From Zygnema circumcarinatum SAG 698-1b (Eukaryota; Plantae; Zygnematophyceae), in NCBI GenBank assembly GCA_037447605.1, contig CM074814.1, forward strand, positions 1,922,001 through 1,986,000: 64,000 nucleotides of DNA. Direction: 5' to 3'. The notes beneath the pieces are model-generated. The model was not told the origin of the DNA. It made no database searches and worked only from the letters and a program-made list of their open reading frames with translations. A program made the position numbers and the translations under genes. Positions 52,481 through 61,970 of the stretch are shown piece after piece. Position 1 is the stretch's first letter, and each line of letters starts with the position of its first letter.

Positions 52481-52819
52481 GCCGCGATTCCGATCAGGCG
52501 CAGCCCCCCTACGGCGCGTCCCGTCACGTGTCGCGCACCGTACGGCAGCATTCCCCCACGGCGGTGGCGCCACCTGTCCGTCCGTACAGTCTTATCCACA
52601 GGGCAGATGAGGTAGGCGCGCGGCCCGCTATTTTGGGCCACACCTTCCTCTTGCGGGCAGCTCGTTGCCAAACTTCAGCTGCCCGGCCGAAGCTCGCCCA
52701 ATCGCGGACGCTTGCTTTCGCGTATAGGGCAGCCTGTATTACGTTTGGGCTGCCCGGGGCCCTTCAAGGCCTCGCCCCGCGGTCCGGGCTGTCATGTCTC
52801 CCTCCCTCCCTCACCGACC

Positions 52820-52918
52820 ACCCGCTCTCTCTCGCTCTCTCGCTCTCTCGCTCTCTCGCTCTCTCTCTCACTCTCCCTCTCTCTTCTCTCTCGCTCCCAC
52901 TCTCTCTCTCTCTCTCCT
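52820..52918 (+). repeat. (CT)n / GAGA-type tract immediately upstream of the orphan ATG
   Basis: About 95 bp of CTCT/CTCG repeats ending 12 bp before the ATG at 52930. Confidence 0.85.
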
Positions 52919-52929
52919 ACTGCTCATCC

Positions 52930-53917
52930 ATGGCCGTGCCAGGTGCTGCCAGGGCGGCAGCTTTCTGCGCTTTTTGGCTGCACTTGATGCAGGTGCTCGC
53001 AGCGGCGGTGGGCGGCGGGCTGAAGGCTGCTGCAGCCGCCCGCCCGCACCTGGAAGACCTTTTTGTCGTCTTTTGCAGCGTCTCCTGGCATGCGCTGGCT
53101 GCCATGGCGGTGCTTGGATACAGCGCTTGGGCGTGGCTGCTTGTGGGCGCCACGGAACTCGGAAAGGCCTACCTTTTCGCTGTGGACTGGTTGCACGAGG
53201 AGTTCGCAAAGGAGTTAGCGAATCCTCGCCAGGTATGACCTACTGCACCTTCCAAAGATTTCAAGCTTTTTGTTTCTAGGGCTGTTAGCATCGGAAAGTG
53301 CTTTTTGCGTTGATGCTGCTTGCTTTTGTATGGGCAAGTTTTGAAGGTTTGTATGCATACGCTTGACTGATTTCGCGTTTGCTGTTCTCTTGCTGGCAAT
53401 ACAGCCCCCCCGGACCGTGAAAACATATCCCATTGTCCGCAACTCGAAGGAGTATCATGCAAAGTCCTTGGATTACCCGAGCTTGAAGGCGCCGCTCTAT
53501 GATGAGCCTGAGCCGCTCTTCAGTGCCAGGCGGCGGCCTGTGTTCCGCGACTCGTCGTCAGTGTTCAGTGCGAGCCAACAGGCATTCGGTGAGCCGCAAT
53601 ACAGCCGCCGGAGTGGTCCTGGGGAGGGGAAAATGCAAATGGGAGGAAATTTGCACAATTTCTCGAATTGGAAAAGGAAGCAGGGAGGCGACAGCCTGCA
53701 AGATTTGGTTACTATCCATGAAAGGCTGAACAGCGGTTGGGATATGGAGGCGAGCAATGCGGCCTTGGCGCGTGAATCGGCTCTTTTGCGCCAGGCACTT
53801 GCCCGCTTAGACGAATCGCTGAAAGTCAAGCCTCTCCATCCGATGTGGACGGATCCGAGAGGAGTTTTTCTGCCATCTGAGGATGGCCGGGGCTTCAAGT
53901 GTCCTTTGTGTCCTTGA
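52930..53917 (+). CDS. Orphan protein (about 271 aa): hydrophobic Ala-rich N-terminus, short coiled-coil-like segment, C-terminal CxxC
   Basis: Exon 52930-53232 (ATG follows a CT tract; donor CAG|GTATGA) and exon 53405-53917 (acceptor ATACAG|) join in phase 0 with no stops. I recognise no family. The protein ends GRGFKCPLCP*. Confidence 0.55.
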
Positions 53918-54297
53918 GTCCAAATCAAATTACTGAAGGTTCAAGATCATTAGAAATGATTTTTACTCATTTTCCGAGTAAATAATTTTTCTGGACAAAA
54001 TTTGGCATGTATTTATTGAAATTTCATCTCTAGCAACTTACGTTTCAGTGTCAAAAGGAAGTAGCAGAATAAGTGTGTCAGAAATTTCCAGCTGTGATTT
54101 TTTTGCCTTAAAAGGCTATCCTTTTTGATGAACAAAGGGTCTTTTTTCATTGTATGACTCTCTCTATGCCTGTTTTTTGCAGCACTATTTTGGTGTGTTC
54201 ATGCTGCTGTTGCATGCAGAATCCCCCTTTTTCCCTCTATCTCGCCCTACTTTACTCTCCCACTCCCCCTTTCCCTCGCTCCCTCTCTCCCTTGCTT

Positions 54298-54706
54298 CCC
54301 AGCCAACCATTGCCAATGGTTGCAACCATTGGCTTGCTAGCCAGCCAAGCATTGCCATTGGCTGCAACCATTGCATCCAATGGTTGGCTGGATCGGGAAT
54401 TATTGATTTTAGGGGACTAGGGAATTTTACATACGGACTAACTGTAATCACTGCAACCATTGGACCATTGATTCCTGCTCCACCCAACCATTGCCAATGG
54501 TTGCAACCAGTGGCTGGCTTCCCAGCCAACCATTGCCAATGACTGCAACCATTGGACCATTGATTCCCGCCCCACAGAACCAAGCCCTTGGTTGCAACCA
54601 TTGGCTGGCTTCCTAGCCAACCATTGCCAATAACTGCAACCATTGGACCATTGATTCCCGCCCCACCCAATCATTGCCAATGGTTGCAACCATTGGCTGG
54701 CTACCC
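54298..54706. repeat. Tandem array of ~92-bp palindromic units, right copy (same orientation as the left copy)
   Basis: Anchors at 54464, 54556 and 54647. The 20-bp palindrome occurs at 54313-54332 and 54677-54696. Confidence 0.92.
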
Positions 54707-54916
54707 GACTCGCCATGAATGCAATTTTGCACTCGTGGCAGCTGCTTATTGGAAGCCGTTTAGTCGTAGTCGTGCCAGTTCCCAGCCGCCCGGCGGCCGC
54801 CCGCCCGCCCGCACGCGCGTCTCCCCTTCCGACCCTCCCAGCCGTCGATGCATCGTCCATCGGACGGTCGGAGGCAGCCCCCAATCGTGCGCGGGCGATG
54901 GAACTATCCAGAGGGG

Positions 54917-54988
54917 GCGCCACGTCAGCGCGCCATCGGGCGGCCCGGCGCGGGACCACTGGGTGCTCTGCGACGCGCCACGTCAGCG
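54917..54988 (+). promoter_or_regulatory. Duplicated G/C-box hybrid (GCGCCACGTCAGCG x2), candidate bZIP sites in the catalase promoter
   Basis: An identical 14-mer at 54917-54930 and 54975-54988 contains CCACGTCA (TGACGTGG). Confidence 0.55.
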
Positions 54989-55040
54989 TGGGGGGGGCCA
55001 TGGCGGCCACATCAGCTTCCGGCCACGCGGGCGAAAGTCG

Positions 55041-55120
55041 TACGACAAAATGCGACGATGTGCGACCGATGACGACTGTATGCGACGTAATGCGACGTTG
55101 TGCGACTCCGTGCGATTCCG
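55041..55120 (+). repeat. 10-bp-period array of TGCGAC-type motifs upstream of catalase
   Basis: Eight consecutive 10-mers: tacgacaaaa tgcgacgatg tgcgaccgat gacgactgta tgcgacgtaa tgcgacgttg tgcgactccg tgcgattccg. Confidence 0.85.
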
Positions 55121-55317
55121 GCTGGAGCCATGTTTTTGGGAGAAGGGACCTCCGTTGCAGGAGCTGGTTCTGTTCGTGCTCAGGTCCGGGCGGAGGACGA
55201 TCCTGTAAGGATAGAGAGCACAGCAGAGAGGAGGCAGATACCAAGAGGGTATTGTTTAGAACGAGGATATAGTTTGTGGTTGTAGCATTTTTGCAGGCGG
55301 GGCGAGGAAGCGCTGCC

Positions 55318-58300
55318 ATGGACCCGTACAAGGTGCGCAGCTGCAGTTTTGGGCATGGCGAGTGGCGGGGTCGGTGCAATGCTCGTGAGCGTGTTTGCTG
55401 GAAGGGATTAGGCAGGGACGTCTGGCTTGCATGACCTTTTGTGTTTTATTTCGGGTGTGCAGCACCGACCGTCAAGCGCGTTCAACTCCACGCACTGGAC
55501 TACGAACACCGGGGCGCCTGTATGGAACAACAACAACTCGCTTACCGTTGGAGCCCGTGGTATGTTGAGCGAACTACTCGTATCCTCTGAAGCCGTCGAG
55601 TCGCCGGGTTTCTGAGAGACCTCTTCCGTTTTCATGTTAAAGTGCATCTCTGAGCCGGCAGCAGATCCATTTTTCTTTTCCTTCACGATTTTGGAGGAAC
55701 CGCGGTGTTTGATTATTTTATTGGCTATATGATAAGGCAAACCGAGGTTTCTGAACTTCTGTGTTGTAGGACCGGTGCTTCTGGAGGACTACCATTTGCT
55801 GGAGAAACTTGCTCAGTTCGACCGCGAGAGGATTCCTGAGGTTTGTCATTGTTTACATGCTTCAATCAGCTGTTTGTTATCCTTGATTGGCGCGTAGGTC
55901 GAATTGGTTTTTTGCAGCTTGAGCTCACCGTGGAGTGCCGTAGTGATCATGTTTTTGGGTTTGGCTTGGTTGCAGCGCGTCGTGCATGCGCGAGGAGCTT
56001 CTGCAAAGGGGTTTTTTGAGGTGACACATGATGTGTCCCACCTCACATGCGCAGATTTTCTCCGTGCTCCTGGAGTCCAGACGCCACTCATTGTTCGCTT
56101 TTCGACTGTCATTCATGAGCGGGGGTCACCTGAGACGCTCCGTGACCCTCGTGGCTTTGCTGTGAAGGTCAGCAAAAAGAACCTTTGTTTTGGATTATCT
56201 AAGTTTATGCGATACTCGTTCGCCAAAGTGCTTACAGATTTCAGTATGGCCGAGAAAATGTTTCTTCATGCTCCGTATAAACTGTTGAAGGCTCTACTAG
56301 AAATTCCTATCCACGCTTTGGGCTCACTTTGTCGGTAGCTTTTCACAGTTTTACACGCGGGAAGGAAATTTCGATTTGGTGGGAAACAACATGCCAGTTT
56401 TCTTCATCCGTGATGGTATCAAGGTGTGTTCACCTGTCAACACTGGAGCCTACATCATGTGGTCCTAAATATTAGAGTGAACTTGGAAAAGTGATTGTGG
56501 AACGGAGATGCTGTCGTTGGGGTTTTTTTAGGTATGTGTGCTTTTGGCTTTAATGACATCTTTAAGAACTTTGTAAGTAATTTCTCGCTGTTCTTCTCAA
56601 TATATATTTACTTATCTGACTTCCCTTTTATTTTCGATTTTGTAGTTTCCGGATATGATTCACGCTCTCAAGCCAAACCCCAAGACGCACATTCAGGAGG
56701 GATGGCGCATTGTCGACTTCTTTTCCAATGTTCCAGAAAGCTGTCACATGTTCACCTTTCTTTTAGATGACCTGGGTATTCCTTCCGACTATCGCCATAT
56801 GGAAGGCTTTGGTGTCCACACCTTCAAGGTGAGTCGCCAAAACTTTTGTTTTTTTTAAAGTGATCCTTGCTGAACAAATTTATGGCTGCGAGGGGTAACC
56901 GAATTAACTGTATACAAGCCTGAGTTCTGAATGATTGCTTGTGAATCGGTCAGTTGTTTAGTTTGTCTCGTCGATTGCAGGATCAGGAGAGCTGAGTTAT
57001 TTCGGCTATGACTGGCTCTTGGCTTTTTTGTTACGCATCAAAGAGGGTGTTCGCTGTATCTTTTTCTGTCAGACTTTCTTGGGTTGTAATAGTACGACGT
57101 CATTTTTTTCCCTTTTGCAGTTGATCAACAAGTCTGGGAGGGAGACCTATGTCAAGTTCCACTGGAAACCAACTTGTGGTGTCAAATCCCTGCTAGAGGA
57201 TGAGGCTATTCGAATTGGAGGCGCCAATCATTCCCACGCAACCCAAGATCTTCAGGAGGCTATCGCCGCTGGTAACTATCCAGAGTGGAAGCTCTTCATA
57301 CAGACTATGGATCCAGCAGACGAGGACAAGTTTGACTTCGATCCTCTTGATGATACCAAGACTTGGCCCGAGGACTTGTTTCCCCTGCAGGTATGTTTTT
57401 GACTGCGTTCACCTTGCACCATACGTTTTGGTTGTTTTTGTACATCCTTCTGCGAACATTTTCTTGGTCTTCATTTACCCCTGAAGTCGTGACGTTGTTC
57501 TTTATTTTTTTTCCATCTGAGTTTGGATTGTTAACGTGACTAATAGTTAGGGTCTCGTGACAATGGAAATATAGTCTTGGAGAGTTGTAGCAGGTCAGTA
57601 GTTTGTGAGTTTCAAGTTTTTCCGTCAGATTCTGAGGTTCTTTCAGTAAAATTGACCGGTTATGTTGTTGTTGTGCAGCCTGTTGGCCGTATGGTGCTCA
57701 ACCGCAACATCGACAATTTCTTTGCAGAAAACGAGCAATTGGCATTTTGCCCTGGTGTCATTGTTCCGGGCATCTACTACTCTGATGATAAGATGCTGCA
57801 AACTCGGATCTTTTCCTACTCAGACACCCAACGTCACAGATTGGGTCCCAATTACCTCATGCTGCCTGTTAACGCTCCAAAGAATATTCATCACAACAAT
57901 CACCATGAGGGCTTCATGAACTTCATGCACAGAGATGAGGAGGTATCGTCCTTTCCGTAACTGGTTTTGAAGTAGTCGGTATATCCCTTTCATCAAATTG
58001 GGATAGCTCAGTTACACGCATTTTTTTCTTTTTGATGAGAGCGAGATAACTTTCAAAGTAATGCTGTTATAATGTGCTGTCTTGAAGGTGAACTATCATC
58101 CCTCACGCTTTGATCCTGCGCGGAACTCTGAGCCCGTCCCAATGGCAAGGCCTATCCTTTCAGCCAGGCGGGAGAAGGTATGAGCAGAAGTACCTTTTGA
58201 CAGGTTTGCTGGAAAATTGACTTAGTTTCAACATCATTGCAGTCGAAGGCATTGAAGTCATGGGTTATTTGTGTATGCGTAGTAAAAGTTCGCCACAGAC

Positions 58301-59379
58301 TGGGAATCATGAAGAAACTTTGTTTGCAGTCGGTGTAGGAAATAAAAAATCGGTTGAAACTTTAGAACTTCACAATTGAGGTGACTGATTCGAGGAATTT
58401 GATTTCATATGGGGACAAATGTTCTGTGACCCCTAGGTTTCGAAACTGCTACGTCAGATCATTTTTTGTGCAGCAATTCAGTTGAACCAGGGATGTCTAA
58501 TTGCAGGCTGTGATTGGGAAAGAGAATAATTTCCAGCAGGCTGGCGAACGCTATCGCTCCTTGCCGGCAGACAGGCAAGTTTAAGGACCGTCTTGTCTTG
58601 TGGCTTATGCCAGAAGATTTTATTTGTACATATTGTTTGGTCTAGCTCAGTACGGCGCATCGATTCCATGTTTTGCCTACATCTGAAGGTTCAGTGAAAG
58701 CTACAGTCGTGTTACTGTTAATGTTCCGTGAAAAACTTGTCTCTTTTTAGTCCATTTGAATGGCCAGAAGTGATTCAGTAGATGGGGCTATTGTCTCTTT
58801 GTCGTAATTGACCAGTAAGCTAGCTGTGAAATGCGGGAGCCTTCGTCATGTAGCCTGAAAATTCTGAAGTGATAATGTCTCTGCGAGTGCAGGCAAGAGC
58901 GTTTTGTGCAGCGGTTTATCCAGTTCTTGGCGGAGCCACGGGTGACACCTGAAATTCGGAGCATCTGGCTCTCATACTGGTCTCAGGTGGGTCCCCGACG
59001 GGAGATGTGGGTCATGGGTTCTGTGAAGCACCTGCAAGGCTTGTTTTGTAGAACAGGATGGGTCCCTACTTCGTCTTTCTGTCTGAGCTTCGGGGTTAGT
59101 TATTGTGGTTTCTGTCAATCGGAAACGGTGTGCTCGATGACTGTGGCGTCACTGCAAGCAGTCCGTTTTGTGTGTTCGGACCAAAGAGTAGGGAGAAAGT
59201 GCTCAGTTCGAGGAAACGCCTAAACTTGAACAGGTTCGTTCGGTCATTTCTGCATTTGGCTTCTGCTGGTCCCTCAGTCCTCACTGACTGAGCGGGTGGC
59301 TGGTTGGGATGGTCAACAGTGCGACCGCGGTTTGGGACAGAAGATGGCGATGAAGCTCAACATGAAGGCTGCCATGTAA
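55318..59379 (+). CDS. CAT: Heme catalase, plant type (12 exons)
   Basis: Exons 55318-55332 (MDPYK), 55463-55559, 55770-55840, 55976-56167, 56349-56423, 56646-56828, 57121-57390, 57679-57942, 58088-58177, 58507-58574, 58893-58986, 59320-59379. Motifs [27 protein letters not shown] and [14 protein letters not shown] are present. Confidence 0.98.
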
Positions 59380-61970
59380 AGTATGAGATAGGGAGCGCAC
59401 GACTCTGAAAGCGTTTGGGAGTGGAGGCCTGTGATTTCCGAGTCTAGTGGCGCTGTTTTGAAGAAGAGCGGGGTGTGGAAGAAGAGGGGGGTGTTTTCCG
59501 AGGGTGTTGTTCCATGTGCAGTGTGTAGGGAATGTAAAGGTCGTACTGGAGGTTGGAGATTGTAAAGACACGGGGAATGAATGTGTGCTAGACACTTGGT
59601 GTTTTCAGATGAGATGTAGGCGTGTGCATTGCCGGCTTGGCATAGCATGGCAGGGGTGGCAGGGGAACTTTTGGTGCTGCCGACACATGCAATCGGACAT
59701 GCAGTTGTTTGCTGCGACATGTGAGGAAACGAGCTTCTTACACGTCGGTTTCTGTGGTATTTTGGAATGCCGATAAAAAGTTCCATTGATTAGTGGGCAA
59801 ATGTGACAAAGTTGGAGGGAACTCGTAAGGCACTGCACAGGTGCAGCACTCTGAAATGCAGCATGCAAATTGGTCTTTTTGGGCACAGTAAGACCTGCGG
59901 AAAGTGGACATGCAGCACGTGTGAAGCTGAGTGTTAGAGAGGATGTTTTAATATGCGTTTGAATTGCGAATTTCGGGTCAACGCATGGAGCGATCGACTC
60001 TTGCACGATAAATTCACCCCCGGATTGAATGTGTGTAGATCTGCTATTGGATGGTTGCAAAACAAGTCTACCCTGAAAAAATATTCGAGAGTTTGACTAT
60101 GGAAAAGGGAAAATTGAAGAATAACAAATTGTGAAGAGAAACTGAAACAAGGAAAGGAGGACTAACAAACTTGGAAGAACAATTGTGCGACGCTCGTACC
60201 TGCCTTGACTTTATGGGTCATGAATAAACTAGATATTTCGGGAAAGATCACTGTATTTCTAAGTGGATTTCACATGGCACGTAGAAGCATTTTATTTTGT
60301 TTGGGAAAGTGATAGGTTTTATTGTTCGGCCATCAAGCTTCTGGCTCCCCCAGTTGTACACTTGAACAATTGGGGCCCTTCATTGGTTCAACTTTCTTAC
60401 CTCTACTGGGGGGTGTCAACTTACATGCGTGTTCCTAAGTTTGACACCAGTAGTAGTACTCCGCTGGCATCGCGATCCTGCTGCACGGCTTACTTCCGTA
60501 ATTTTTTTTTTCCTTTGTCGGAGGGAGAAGGGGAAGTGGCATTGATCTCATGATGGCGAGGCTTTGTCGTAAGATTTTGTTAAGCCTGACATCCTCTACT
60601 ATTCGCACATCTCTTTTCTGACCCAAACCCGCACCCTAACCCTCAACCCACCCTAAAAAAGGCTTGAAAAAAAGGTAGTGGGAGGATTATGTTGATATAC
60701 GCTTCATAGGATTACAAAACTCTACTGCGCAACTAAGGTGCTTTGACTGCCATTTTTAACGTCTTCTAACGTCAGTGCGTTTGGTGTTTCTTTTCTTGAA
60801 TCCTTGTGCCTCCGTCGCATGGTTGCCATGCATTTCTAGGCAACAGCGGTGCAGGGTCGCACGCCTGAGTTAACCCAGAGTTATTTGAGGGTTGCCTTTT
60901 TTTCTATTTCCACGGTTGATCAGTCGTCGACAGAAGTTGGTGTTGGACGTACGACTTCATTTTTAACATGTCACAACACGATCAACTAAAACGTTCAACT
61001 GGGCGCCCCAAAACGCGCCTCGCTCTTTTGTTCACATTCATTAAATAACTAACAAATCCAAATCCGAAATGTTCGAAAAACTATAGCGTCCAGTACGGTA
61101 TCCCGCTGATCAAGTGTCTTCTCGCTTTCCCCTCTTCCCATCTACCACCTGCAGCTACACCTGTCGCTACCTCCCTGCAAATGCAGCTAATGCGTCACTT
61201 AGTTATCCTTCCAGTAGCCATTGCAGCAACACACCTCAAGGAAAGAAAAGACGAAGTTCATTAAGAAAACAGGCGGTTCTTTTTTACTCCAATTGATACA
61301 AGGAAAGGTGCACCCGAAACTGGATTGGAGGGGCTGCCAACTACTGAACAATTAAATCATAATATAGCTAAACCTGGTGTGTCAGACCTAAGGCAATTTG
61401 TGAGGGGGAAGATTTCTCCATACCACATCCTCGTCACTCTTCTCTCCTATACTTGTCACCGCAGACGAAATGAATGCCAACTCAAGGCCCTGATGCGTTG
61501 AGAGAACACTTCTCTCCCTTCATAAATCTTCCAGGAAAAACAGAGATTTCAGCCATTGAGGAGAAAGAGATCCACCTCATAATTTAAGTCGGACGACATC
61601 GCTGTGATTGCAGTGGGCTCAATGAAAGATTCGATTCCAACTTGAGGTCGCGTCCAAAGCACCTCCAAACGCCTTTTCTTCTCAGTACTGTGACCTAGCA
61701 GGGCAATCAGGACAGGAAGCCGCTGGACCTTGGCAGATGCTGCTGGGGAGATAGCTTGTACTCAGGAAAATATGACTTTCTTGCCCACTTTTCACAGCCG
61801 ATGTCTCCATGGAAAAGTAATGAACCAATAGCAGAAGAAGCAGGCGGGGAGCCCCATGATGTCCATAAGATGGAAAACAAATAGGTGGTGGGCTCACTCC
61901 CTGATTCTGTATGCTGCAGCGGAGGCTCTTCCAACATCATCCGATTTTTTCCTTTTGATCCTTCTCGGCC

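Noticed and set aside
52189-52929. 349-aa ORF extending the orphan gene upstream
   Set aside because: The extension runs through GC-rich repeats and the CT microsatellite (LSLSLS). The ATG at 52930 after the CT tract is the more plausible start.
59313-60060. 150-aa antisense ORFs after the catalase stop
   Set aside because: They overlap the catalase last exon and 3' region and have no recognisable motif.
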